Positions 38,480 through 47,345 of a stretch of 64,000 nt of DNA are shown piece after piece (position 1 is the first letter of the stretch; every line of letters starts with the position of its first letter). Source of the DNA: an uncultured Clostridia bacterium. GTDB lineage: Bacteria; Bacillota; Clostridia; Oscillospirales; CAG-272. A program made the translations under genes and the position numbers. The stretch covers positions 32,222-96,221 of the forward strand of contig CALXUY010000014.1 of NCBI GenBank assembly GCA_944391805.1. The letters run 5' to 3'. The notes under the pieces are model-generated. The model did not search any database. It had not been told where the DNA came from and worked only from the letters and a program-made list of their open reading frames with translations.

Positions 38480-39901
38480 ATGTCTCTGTCAAATACGCAC
38501 TGGGGTGCGGAGAGGATCGGTGCCATGCTGCGGTCATGCCGCACGATCCATTTTATCGGCGTGGGCGGGGTGAGCATGTGCTCGCTGGCCGAAATCACGC
38601 TGCACGACGGTATGCATGTGTCCGGGTCGGACCGGACCGACAGCGAGCGTCTCGACCGTCTGCGCCGGCTGGGCGCCGACATCTGCATCGGGCACAACAC
38701 CGCCTGTGTACAGGGGGCGGACGCTGTGGTTTACACCGTGGCCATCGGAGAGGAAAATCCGGAGTATCAGGCTGCCCTGCATGCGGGCAAGCCTCTGATC
38801 TCCCGCGCCGATTATCTCGGATACCTGATGATGCGCTACCGCACCCGCATCGGTGTGGCAGGGATGAACGGCAAGAGCACCACCACCGCCATGTGCGCGC
38901 AGATCCTTCAGAACGCGGGGGACCCCACCGTGTTCTGCGGCGCGGAGCTGACGGCGCTGGGAGGCGCCCCCTGCCGCATCGGGCAGGGGCGGGAGCAGAT
39001 GGTGTTTGAGGCCTGCGAATATATGGATTCCTTTCTCGATTTCAACCCGACCATGGCAGTGCTGCTCAATATCGGAATGGATCACGTTGATTATTTTCAC
39101 AGCATGGAGCAGATCCGCGGCTCATTTCTGCGGTTTGCGCAGCGGACGGGGGAGGACGGCTGCATTGTGGCCAATGCCGACGACCCGGAGCTGATGCGGG
39201 CTATGGAGCCGTACCGGGGAAGAACATATACCTTCGGCCTGAGGCGGCCGGCGGATTTTCAGGCTGCGGATTTGACGGCGGTACATGGTTGCAGGCGCTT
39301 TACGTTCTGTCATCGCGGTGAGCCGGTCTGCCGGATCGCGCTCAGGCAGCCCGGGGAATTTCAGGTGGTCAACGCGCTTGCCGCCGCCTCGGCGGCCTTT
39401 CTCTGCGGAGCCTTCCCCGAGCAAATTGCGGACGGTCTGAATGCGTTCCCGGGCGTCCACCGCCGCATGGAATACCGGGGAACGCTGAACGGCGCGGCGG
39501 TATACGACGATTACGCACACCACCCGTCTGCCATTGAGGTGACGCTGGCCGGCGCGCGGGAGATGGGCTACCGCCGGGTTCTCTGCGCCTATCAGCCCCA
39601 TACATACAGCCGGACGGCGGGCCTGTTCCGGGAATTCACCCATGCCTTTGACCGCTGCGACCGGGTGTATTTTGCCGACATCTACGCCGCCCGGGAGCGG
39701 AACGAGAGCGGCGTCAGCTCCCGCCGGCTGGCGGAGGCCGTCGGCGCGCGCGCGGTTTACTGCGGAGACCTGCAAACACTTGCCGACACGCTCTGCCGCG
39801 AGGCCGGGGAAGGGGATCTGCTGATCATTATGGGGGCCGGGGATATTGAGAATGTGTTCGGGCTTCTCCCGCTGCAGCCGTCGCCGAATCCGGCCCACTG
39901 A
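38480..39901 (+). CDS. murC: UDP-N-acetylmuramate--L-alanine ligase
   Basis: 473 aa with IHFIGVGGVSMCSLAE and GVAGMNGKSTTTAM (Mur ligase P-loop). Confidence 0.95.
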   Translation: MSLSNTHWGAERIGAMLRSCRTIHFIGVGGVSMCSLAEITLHDGMHVSGSDRTDSERLDRLRRLGADICIGHNTACVQGADAVVYTVAIGEENPEYQAALHAGKPLISRADYLGYLMMRYRTRIGVAGMNGKSTTTAMCAQILQNAGDPTVFCGAELTALGGAPCRIGQGREQMVFEACEYMDSFLDFNPTMAVLLNIGMDHVDYFHSMEQIRGSFLRFAQRTGEDGCIVANADDPELMRAMEPYRGRTYTFGLRRPADFQAADLTAVHGCRRFTFCHRGEPVCRIALRQPGEFQVVNALAAASAAFLCGAFPEQIADGLNAFPGVHRRMEYRGTLNGAAVYDDYAHHPSAIEVTLAGAREMGYRRVLCAYQPHTYSRTAGLFREFTHAFDRCDRVYFADIYAARERNESGVSSRRLAEAVGARAVYCGDLQTLADTLCREAGEGDLLIIMGAGDIENVFGLLPLQPSPNPAH

Positions 39902-39930
39902 GGCGGGGGCAGTGCCCGCCTCCCAAAAAA

Positions 39931-39977
39931 ACGGGGAATGCGCGGCAATGTGCCGGACTGCATTCTCCGTTGTTTTT
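39931..39977 (+). terminator. Rho-independent terminator of murC
   Basis: ACGGGGAATGC...GCATTCTCCGT (11-bp stem, one G-U) followed by TGTTTTT. Confidence 0.8.
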
Positions 39978-39987
39978 GTATCCTGAA

Positions 39988-40233
39988 AACCACCAGCAGT
40001 GCTGGTGGTTCCAAAAAGCTTAAGCTTTGCCAAGTTTATTTATCCGAGCGAAGTGAGGAACCCGCCCCTATGCAAATAATAAAATTTAAGCTATCAAAGC
40101 GGCTATAGATATTTACTATTTCAATAGTGGTGGGGCAATTATCGCGATTGGCGTATCATTCGACGAGCCTATAGTCTCATCGAGTGGAATGCCCCAAGGG
40201 GGCTATCGCAAGCCACCAGCTCGGCTGGTGGTC
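39988..40233. other. Low-GC non-coding island bounded by two near-identical palindromic hairpins
   Basis: AACCACCAGC-AGTG-GCTGGTGGTT (39988-40010) and GCCACCAGC-TCGG-GCTGGTGGTC (40212-40233) flank about 200 bp of about 44% G+C (hand count). The interior has internal palindromes (AAAGCTTAAGCTTT, ATCGCGAT, GCCCC-AAG-GGGGC) and no credible ORF. Confidence 0.5.
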
Positions 40234-40285
40234 ATGACTATTGGAGATGAGGCGATTTTCCGATCCGGCCGGTCAGCCCTTCCGG

Positions 40286-41599
40286 TCAGTCCCCGCCACG
40301 CAGCACGTGGGCGGCACAGGCAGCCACGCGCCCGGCGCATTCCCGAAGCTGCTGCCCGGCGCCCTCGCTGCCGCAGGCAAATTCCCGCATCAGCCGGCCC
40401 TCCTCCACGCAGAGCTCATCGTGAATCGGGAAATAATAATTCAGCAGGAACCGGGTATACGCCACCAGCCGGTAGGGGCCGTGTACCCGGGCTTCTTCGC
40501 CGTAGGGCTCCTCCACCGCCACGCTGTACCCGTCGCGGATTGCTGCGCAGATCGAATCAAAGCCGCAGTCTGGCGCGAACAGAACGGTTTTGGACATGTT
40601 GAAGTAGGATGCGGGGTCGGTCCCGTGCGAATCGCTGGAGCCGACAATCGGAATCTTCCGCCCCATGGCGCGCTGCTCCTGGTAAAAGGCCAGCTGCAGG
40701 TTGTTCTCATGCACGGTCTGCCCGCAGGTCAGCTCAAACGCATCATAGGTCCCCTGCTCCAGCACATAGTTCAGCATCCGTGTGTTCATATTGTAAATAC
40801 CGGGTTTGTGAATCCAATAAGGGTGGGGGACGATCGCCATGCCGCCGGCGCGCCGGATCTGTTCCACCATCCACAGGCGCAGGGCGTATTCCTGCCGGTT
40901 TACACCCTGCGGCGTCGGGTGTCGGTCCGCCAGTTCGCGGATTTCGGCCCGGCACTGCTCCTGATTGCTGCGGTAATGGTCGGTGATGCTGTACCGGCTA
41001 CCGAAATTGACCATGTGAATGATGGTGTCCAGGTGTACCTCCTCGCCGTGGAACAGGCGGATGCCCAGCGGCAGGTCGCCATAGGCCTGAAGCATCTGTT
41101 CGGAGGAGTGCCAGTTATTGTGGTCGGTCAGGGCAAGAAAGTCAAAGCCCTCCCGGCGGTAGTTGGCGGCCACAACCGCGGGGTCCTCGCGCCCGTCCGA
41201 CCCGGTGGAGTGGGAGTGCAGGTCCCCCCGGTAGGGGTTCCGGCGGTACAGATCCTCCCGCAGCGCGTAAATGTGAAATTCCACGGGCTGTCTGCCCCGT
41301 TTGCGGTTTTCCTCCCAGTCCACCGACAGAACCCACTCCTGCTCGTCGGCAAAGCGGCAGGTGACCGTCAGCGTCCCGTCCACCGGGCGCACGGTGAGCG
41401 TATCGGGCTTCATGGAGCCGTCAACATAGCTGTCGCTGTAATAGGACATGGGAACCAGACTGACCGTGTAATCGGTCTGGTCGTCAAACCGCTTGGATGG
41501 TCCGCAGGGAATGATCGAGACACGCGTCGGCGTGTCGCAAAGCACTGTGCGCGGGATGATCCGATAATCCGAAACTGATTTTTCTTTTTTGAAATTCAT
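40286..41599 (-). CDS. PHP-domain metal-dependent phosphoesterase with an N-terminal beta-rich domain
   Basis: ATG 41599 after AGGAGG gives MNFKKEKSVSDYRIIPR... PHP motifs GDLHSHSTGSDG, LALTDHN, IVPHP and GSSDSHG. The track start at 41785 is over-extended. Confidence 0.8.
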   Translation of the reverse strand: MNFKKEKSVSDYRIIPRTVLCDTPTRVSIIPCGPSKRFDDQTDYTVSLVPMSYYSDSYVDGSMKPDTLTVRPVDGTLTVTCRFADEQEWVLSVDWEENRKRGRQPVEFHIYALREDLYRRNPYRGDLHSHSTGSDGREDPAVVAANYRREGFDFLALTDHNNWHSSEQMLQAYGDLPLGIRLFHGEEVHLDTIIHMVNFGSRYSITDHYRSNQEQCRAEIRELADRHPTPQGVNRQEYALRLWMVEQIRRAGGMAIVPHPYWIHKPGIYNMNTRMLNYVLEQGTYDAFELTCGQTVHENNLQLAFYQEQRAMGRKIPIVGSSDSHGTDPASYFNMSKTVLFAPDCGFDSICAAIRDGYSVAVEEPYGEEARVHGPYRLVAYTRFLLNYYFPIHDELCVEEGRLMREFACGSEGAGQQLRECAGRVAACAAHVLRGGD

Positions 41600-41731
41600 G
41601 GCTATCCTCCTGCCGTCCGGGGCGGCAATCTGTATGAAATGGTTCCGCGGAAAGTCCCGCGGGACAAAAAGCGGAGATCGTTTGCGGGGCAATCCGTCCG
41701 GCTTTTCCGACGTCCTGCTTTTTGCAGGCTC

Positions 41732-41760
41732 ATTATACCACAAATTCGGGCAAATGTCAA
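41732..41760 (-). promoter_or_regulatory. Consensus promoter of the PHP phosphoesterase gene
   Basis: The minus strand reads TTGACA, 17 bp, TGgTATAAT. Confidence 0.7.
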
Positions 41761-41778
41761 CAGAAATCAAAAAATATA

Positions 41779-41807
41779 TTGACAAATATGTGGTTTTGTG
41801 ATATACT
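41779..41807 (+). promoter_or_regulatory. Consensus promoter of the DeoR-MFS operon
   Basis: TTGACA, 17 bp, TGaTATACT. It lies 18 bp from the divergent PHP promoter. Confidence 0.7.
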
Positions 41808-41880
41808 GAATGGGATGGACGGACGGGATTCCCCCGGACGGCCTAAATCGGCCGCTTTTGCGGCAGATGGAGGAAGACGG

Positions 41881-42705
41881 ATGTTATCAGATGAAAGAAG
41901 ACAGGAAATGGCGGATTGGATCTGCCGAGAGGGCAAGGCGGACATTGCCGAGCTGGCGGCACATTTCAGGGTTTCCGGGGAGACGGTACGCCGGGATCTG
42001 GCGCAGATTGCCGACGGCATGCGGATCCGCAAGGTGCACGGCGGCGCCATTGCCGTGCGCCAGTCGGTGCGGGATGAAAGCTATGCGGAGCGTCGGACGC
42101 ACAACATGCTGCTCAAGCAGAAAATCGGGGCCTATGCGGTGCGCTTTCTGGAGGACAATGATGTAATTGCCATCGATTCGGGCACCAATGCGGAAAGTTT
42201 CGCGCAGGCGATTTACCGGATCCGGAATCTGAAAATCATCACCGGCTCCATTCCGGTTGCCCTGATTCTGGCCCGCAAAATTGCCGCCGGAGATTTTACC
42301 GGCAGCGTCATTCTGCTCAGCGGGACCGTCAATCCCGAAACACAGACCGTCTCTGGGGTTCTGACGCTTTCCCAGATGCAGTCTCTGCGGGTAGACAAGG
42401 CCTTTCTTGCGGTTACGGCAGTCGACGAGAGCGGGATGATGACCTGGCAGGAGCAGGAAGCAATGCTCACGGGCGCCTTTCTGCAGCGGGCCGACCGCTC
42501 CTATCTGCTGGCCGAAAGCGAAAAATTCGGCAGGCAGAGCTTTTTCCGTGTTGCCGGTTTCCGGGAGCTGAGCGACATTGTGACCGACAGCCGGAGCCCC
42601 ATTCCGGAGGAAATCCGCGCCGCCGTTCTAGCGGCGGGCGCCGTGCTGCACGTGGTGCCGGTTCCGGCGGAAGGAGCGGAAGAGGGAGGGGATGTATGCC
42701 GGTAG
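41881..42705 (+). CDS. DeoR/GlpR family transcriptional repressor
   Basis: ATG 41881 after GGAGGAAG gives MLSDERRQEMADWICREGKADIAELAAHFRVSGETVRRDL, followed by a DeoR C-terminal sugar-phosphate sensor domain. Confidence 0.88.
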   Translation: MLSDERRQEMADWICREGKADIAELAAHFRVSGETVRRDLAQIADGMRIRKVHGGAIAVRQSVRDESYAERRTHNMLLKQKIGAYAVRFLEDNDVIAIDSGTNAESFAQAIYRIRNLKIITGSIPVALILARKIAAGDFTGSVILLSGTVNPETQTVSGVLTLSQMQSLRVDKAFLAVTAVDESGMMTWQEQEAMLTGAFLQRADRSYLLAESEKFGRQSFFRVAGFRELSDIVTDSRSPIPEEIRAAVLAAGAVLHVVPVPAEGAEEGGDVCR

Positions 42706-43964
42706 CCGTGAATGCCGCCGGTCAGGCGCGCCGTGCAGCACTTTGGATTGGCGGGAGCTGCTTTGCGGCCTATGCCGCATGTTACATCGGCAGGAACGTG
42801 TTCAGCGCCCTGCTGCCGCAGCTGCTGCAGGAGCAGACCTTCGCGCAGGAGGAGCTGGGGCGGATGGGGAGCGTTTTTCTGCTGGCCTACGGCGTCGGAC
42901 AGCTGGTTAACGGGGTGCTGGGCAACCGGGTGCATCCACGGTATATGGTATTCTTCGGCCTGTTTCTCCCGGGTGTACTTCTGGCGCTGTTCCCGTTTTG
43001 CGGCAGTGCTCTGGCCGGGACTCTGCTGTGGGCGGTGTGCGGCTTTCTCAGCTCCATGCTGTGGGGACCTCTTTCCCGCATGGTGGGGGAGAACACCTCA
43101 CCGAGGACCGCACGGCTGCTGCTCACGCTTCTGACGGTGGCCTCCATGCTGGGCACGCTGCTGGCCTATTTGCTGGCCGCATTCGCCTCGCTGTGCGGCG
43201 CCACGCGCCCCGCGTTCTGGATGGGGGGCGGGTGCATGGCTGCGGTGGCTTTGCTGTGGCTGCTTGCCTGCCGGCGGATGGAGAGCGGCGCGGCATTGTC
43301 CGGCAGTGGGAAGGGAAGCCTCCTGTCCGCCGCAGGCGGCGGAAGGCAAACCATAAGGGCGCTGCTGCACAACCGCGTGTTTCTTTGCGTGGTGGTTGTG
43401 ACCATGCTCAACGGCGTCATCCGGAACGCGGTTTCCTTCTGGATTCCCACATTTCTCTCGCAGCATCTGGAGCTACGCCCTGAGTGGGTTTCGGTCGCAT
43501 CCTCCTCACTCCCCTTTGTCAACATCGGGGGAACCTTCCTTTCGCTGTGGGGGCTGCGCTTGGTGCGGCAGAACGAAAAAACCATGTGCGTCCTGCTGTT
43601 CGTCTTTGCAGCGGTCTGCTTCGGCGCGGTGTGGCTTTGCCCGGCCGGGCTTCCGCTGCTCTCCATAGCCGCGCTGTTTGCAGCAAGCGCCGCAATGACC
43701 GGCGTCTGCAATATGATTTTCAGCGTGTACATTCTGGATTTTCGCTCCACGGGCATGATTTCCGGCATTACGGGTTTTCTGGATTTCTCCTCCTATCTGT
43801 CGGCCTCCGCGGCCAGTCTGCTGTTCTCTGACATGATGGCACAGGGGTGGGATACCGTGATTCTGTTCTGGATTGCGACCACGGTCCTGGGCGCGCTGGT
43901 CTCGCTCCTTGTCCGCCTGCTTCCCGGCAGCCGGACAGAGCAGCCAGACGGGGGGAAGGACTGA
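42696..43964 (+). CDS. MFS transporter
   Basis: 422 aa with about 12 predicted TM helices. It overlaps the DeoR gene end by 10 nt. Confidence 0.85.
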   Translation: MPVAVNAAGQARRAALWIGGSCFAAYAACYIGRNVFSALLPQLLQEQTFAQEELGRMGSVFLLAYGVGQLVNGVLGNRVHPRYMVFFGLFLPGVLLALFPFCGSALAGTLLWAVCGFLSSMLWGPLSRMVGENTSPRTARLLLTLLTVASMLGTLLAYLLAAFASLCGATRPAFWMGGGCMAAVALLWLLACRRMESGAALSGSGKGSLLSAAGGGRQTIRALLHNRVFLCVVVVTMLNGVIRNAVSFWIPTFLSQHLELRPEWVSVASSSLPFVNIGGTFLSLWGLRLVRQNEKTMCVLLFVFAAVCFGAVWLCPAGLPLLSIAALFAASAAMTGVCNMIFSVYILDFRSTGMISGITGFLDFSSYLSASAASLLFSDMMAQGWDTVILFWIATTVLGALVSLLVRLLPGSRTEQPDGGKD

Positions 43965-43985
43965 CCCCGGGGCACCCCGACAGAC

Positions 43986-44025
43986 AAAAAGCACCTGCCG
44001 CCGTATGGAGGGGCAGGTGCTTTTT
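43986..44025. terminator. Bidirectional rho-independent terminator (MFS gene / methyltransferase gene)
   Basis: AAAAA-GCACCTGCC-GCCGTATGGAGG-GGCAGGTGC-TTTTT. Confidence 0.85.
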
Positions 44026-44035
44026 GCACGGTCGC

Positions 44036-45262
44036 TCAGACAATCTGAAAGATGAAAAACTTCAGGTAATCGGTCTCGGGCACATTCCAGAGAATCGGGT
44101 GGTCGGGGGCTTGCTGACGCGCTTCGATCTGCCGCAGGCCCACGCCGGCGTCTGCCGCCGCGTTGTGCAGCATCTGCTTGAAATAGGATTCGGTCATGAA
44201 GTGAGAGCAGGAGCAGGTGGCCAGATAGCCGCCGCGGCGCAAAAGCTGCATGGTGCGGCGATTGATTTCCCGGTATCCCTTGATGGCATTGCGCAGCGTA
44301 TCCCTGCTTTTGGTGAACGCCGGCGGATCCAGAATGACAAGGTCGTAGGGAAAGTCGCGCGATTGCGCGGCCTCGGTCAGATAATCGAACACATCCGCAC
44401 AGACAAACTCCATGCGCCCGGCAAGCCGGTTGCGTTCGGCGTTGCCGCGTGCCAGCCGGAGCGCATCGGCCGAGACGTCCACCGCCGTGACATGTGCCGC
44501 GCCGGCCTGCGCGGCATTGAGCGCAAAGGAGCCGGTGTGCGTAAAGCAATCCAGCACCCGTTTTCCGGCGGCAATTCTGCGGATCGCCGCGCGGTTGTAT
44601 TTCTGATCGAGAAAGAAGCCGGTTTTCTGACCGTTGATGTAATCCACCGCATACACAATGCCGTTTTCGGTGATTTCGGTGACGCCTCCGGTGTCTGTCA
44701 GCAGTCCCTCTCCCTGCCAGAAGCCCTTTTCCTGCCGCAATCCCTCCAGCTCGCGGATGGCGGCGTCATTGCGCTCGTACAGCACCCGGATCTCCTGGCC
44801 GAACTCCTCCCGCAGCAGGCGCAGCAGGGCAGGGTAGAGCAGATGCTTGTTCACCTCGATGCCGAGCGAGAGCACCTGAGAAACCAGCACGTCTCCGAAG
44901 CGGTCCACGGTCCAGCCCGGAAAGGCGTCGGCCTCTCCGAAGATCAGGCGGCAGCAGGAAAAATCCGTCTCTCCCATCACCGACCTTCTGTATTCCAGCG
45001 CCCAGCGCAGCTTGCGCTCCCAGAACGCGGGGTCAAAGCGGTCGTTCGCGTTTTTGGTGACAATGCGGACCTGAATTTTGGAGTGCGGATTCCAGAAGCC
45101 GCTGCCGAGATATTTGCCCTTTTCCGAATATACGCCGGCAATGTCTCCCGCCGTACCGGTTCCCGCGTGGGCGATAATTTCGTCCGCAAATACCCAGACA
45201 TGCCCGCCGCGCAGAAACTCCTCTCCTTTTTTGGTAACGGTCACCTGTATTTGATGTTCCAT
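44036..45262 (-). CDS. Class I SAM-dependent rRNA methyltransferase, RlmI/YwbD-like (PUA + MTase)
   Basis: ATG 45262 gives MEHQIQVTVTKKGEEFLRGGHVWVF (PUA-like). It also has FLDQKYNR, VLDCFTHTGSFAL and the LVILDPPAF motif. Confidence 0.88.
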   Translation of the reverse strand: MEHQIQVTVTKKGEEFLRGGHVWVFADEIIAHAGTGTAGDIAGVYSEKGKYLGSGFWNPHSKIQVRIVTKNANDRFDPAFWERKLRWALEYRRSVMGETDFSCCRLIFGEADAFPGWTVDRFGDVLVSQVLSLGIEVNKHLLYPALLRLLREEFGQEIRVLYERNDAAIRELEGLRQEKGFWQGEGLLTDTGGVTEITENGIVYAVDYINGQKTGFFLDQKYNRAAIRRIAAGKRVLDCFTHTGSFALNAAQAGAAHVTAVDVSADALRLARGNAERNRLAGRMEFVCADVFDYLTEAAQSRDFPYDLVILDPPAFTKSRDTLRNAIKGYREINRRTMQLLRRGGYLATCSCSHFMTESYFKQMLHNAAADAGVGLRQIEARQQAPDHPILWNVPETDYLKFFIFQIV

Positions 45263-45406
45263 TGACGCCTTGGTCCTTTCCTGAATACCGGCAAACAGGC
45301 CGGTTGCGCGCAATGCACGCTTTGTATGATTATATCATTATAGCACAAATACGGACGGAAGCGCAAGCCTTCATAAAAAGTTAACAAACCCAAAGCGAAA
45401 TATTTC

Positions 45407-45435
45407 TTGCATTCCATGCCGAAAAAAGGTACAAT
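45407..45435 (+). promoter_or_regulatory. Probable promoter of the sufC/sufBD-like operon
   Basis: TTGCAT, 17 bp, TACAAT, about 170 nt upstream of ATG 45609. Confidence 0.55.
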
Positions 45436-45608
45436 ATAGTGGGTAAAACGGTTCCGGCTTCGGCCGGATTTTCCCTGTGCACAGCAGGTCCCGCATCGGA
45501 GCCTGCCGCGCCAAGCTGTGTTCATAACGGGCAAGTCCCGGGTGAAACCATATATTCAAGCAGTACGGGGACGGAAACAGCATCCGGTCCCGGAAAGGAG
45601 GACAGCAT

Positions 45609-46328
45609 ATGCTGGAGCTGAAAAACGTTTCCTATACCGTTCCGGAAGGGAAGGAGATCCTCCGGAACGTCAGCCTGTGCATCGACGACCGGTTTGTAGC
45701 GATTACGGGACCGAACGGGAGCGGCAAGTCCACACTGGCCAAAATTATTGCAGGCATCTATCAGCCCACATCCGGGCAGATTCTTCTGGACGGGGAGGAT
45801 ATTACCGCCCTGTCGGTTACCGAGCGCGCCAGACGGGGGATCAGCTATGCGTTTCAGCAGCCCGTGCGCTTCAAGGGCATTACGGTCAAGGATATGATCT
45901 CGCTGGCCGCCGGAAAAAGCATGACGGTTGCACAGGTCTGCGAGTATCTCGCGGAAGTCGGTCTGTGCGCCAAGAACTATGTCAATCGCGAAGTGGACGG
46001 CTCGCTTTCGGGCGGGGAGCTGAAGCGGATCGAAATTGCCATGGTCAACGCCAGAGGAACCAAGCTCTCTGTGTTCGATGAGCCGGAGGCCGGGATTGAT
46101 CTCTGGAGCTTCAACAATCTCATTCAGGTGTTCCGCGGCATGTACGAGCGCACCAAGGGGAGCATTCTCATCATTTCGCATCAGGAGCGCATTCTGGATA
46201 TTGCCGACAAGGTGATTGTAATTGCAGACGGAGAGGTGAACGCCTGCGGAACCAAAGCGGAGATTTTGCCCAAGCTGCTCAATGTGCAGATCGGATGCCG
46301 CTATACAAAGGAGGCGACCGGGGCATGA
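45609..46328 (+). CDS. sufC: SufC-like Fe-S cluster assembly ABC ATPase
   Basis: GPNGSGKST Walker A, the LSGGELKRIEIA signature, and Walker B LSVFDEPEAGID. No transmembrane partner; it is followed by a SufB/D-family gene. Confidence 0.82.
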   Translation: MLELKNVSYTVPEGKEILRNVSLCIDDRFVAITGPNGSGKSTLAKIIAGIYQPTSGQILLDGEDITALSVTERARRGISYAFQQPVRFKGITVKDMISLAAGKSMTVAQVCEYLAEVGLCAKNYVNREVDGSLSGGELKRIEIAMVNARGTKLSVFDEPEAGIDLWSFNNLIQVFRGMYERTKGSILIISHQERILDIADKVIVIADGEVNACGTKAEILPKLLNVQIGCRYTKEATGA

Positions 46329-47245
46329 TGGACGCGATTCAGAAGAATTTACTCGAGCAGGTTGCGGGCATTCACGAGGTGCCGCAGGGGGCATATTCCT
46401 TCCGTGTGGACGGCAGTCTTTACGATAAGCATGATTCCGAGAACATCACGATTGTCAAAAAAGAGGACAAGCCCGGCATCGATATTTATATCCGCCCCGG
46501 CACAAAGCACGAGAGCGTGCATATCCCGGTGCTGCTCTCCAAAACCGGCCTGAAGGAGCTGGTTTATAACGATTTTCACATCGGGGCCGACTGTGATGTG
46601 ACCATTGTGGCGGGCTGCGGCATTCACAACAGCGGGAGCGCCGAGAGTGAGCACAGCGGCATTCATTCTTTTTATGTCGGTAAAAACGCGAGGCTCAAGT
46701 ATATCGAGAAGCACTATGCCGAGGGAGACGGAAACGGCAGGAACATTATGAATCCCGCCACCATTGTGGTGATGGAGGAGGGGAGCTATATGGAAATGGA
46801 GACCTCCCAGATCAAGGGGGTGGACTCCACCCGCCGCTCCACCACGGCCACGCTGGGCGACCGCGCAACGCTGGTGGTACATGAAAAGATCATGACGCAC
46901 GGCGAGCAGTTTGCCGAGACCAATTTTACCGTCGAGCTGAACGGGGAGGGCTGCGGTGCGCATGTGGTGTCCCGCTCGGTGGCAAAGGACCGGAGCCGGC
47001 AGAGCTTTCTTTCCAACATCAAGGGCAACAACCGCTGCTCGGGGCATACCGAGTGCGACGCGATTATCATGGATGACGCCAGCGTCACCGCCATTCCGGA
47101 GATTGTTGCCAACCATGTGGACGCATCCCTGATTCATGAGGCGGCCATCGGAAAAATTGCCGGTGAGCAGCTCATCAAGCTGATGACGCTGGGCCTGACC
47201 GAGGAAGAGGCTGTGGAGGCCATCATCAACGGATTCCTCAAGTAA
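46325..47245 (+). CDS. SufB/SufD family Fe-S cluster assembly scaffold protein (short form)
   Basis: ATGA overlap with sufC. Beta-helix-type repeats and the C-terminus SLIHEAAIGKIAGEQLIKLMTLGLTEEEAVEAIINGFL, typical of SufB/D. Confidence 0.82.
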   Translation: MMDAIQKNLLEQVAGIHEVPQGAYSFRVDGSLYDKHDSENITIVKKEDKPGIDIYIRPGTKHESVHIPVLLSKTGLKELVYNDFHIGADCDVTIVAGCGIHNSGSAESEHSGIHSFYVGKNARLKYIEKHYAEGDGNGRNIMNPATIVVMEEGSYMEMETSQIKGVDSTRRSTTATLGDRATLVVHEKIMTHGEQFAETNFTVELNGEGCGAHVVSRSVAKDRSRQSFLSNIKGNNRCSGHTECDAIIMDDASVTAIPEIVANHVDASLIHEAAIGKIAGEQLIKLMTLGLTEEEAVEAIINGFLK

Positions 47246-47254
47246 TATGCTGTA

Positions 47255-47302
47255 TCTACAGTCTGAGGGTGGCAGAAAAATCTGCCACCCTCAGACTGTA
47301 GA
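47255..47302 (+). terminator. 22-bp perfect-stem hairpin after the sufB/D gene (terminator-like, no T-run)
   Basis: TCTACAGTCTGAGGGTGGCAGA-AAAA-TCTGCCACCCTCAGACTGTAGA. The 3' arm is continuous with the left module of the repeat family. Confidence 0.55.
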
Positions 47303-47345
47303 CCAAAGCAACGGCTTTCGTCAATTTAACTAAAGTTTTGGCCAT
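47292..47345 (+). repeat. Repeat family copy 1: solo left module
   Basis: CAGACTGTAGACCAAAGCAACGGCTTT is identical to 49208-49234 and 57065-57091. Similarity continues to about 47345 and is then lost. Confidence 0.8.

Noticed and set aside
40070-40108. A 12-codon ORF (MQIIKFKLSKRL) inside the low-GC island, considered as a possible type I toxin or leader peptide.
   Set aside because: It is too short and not hydrophobic, the SD spacing is poor (about 11 nt), and there is nothing to distinguish it from chance.
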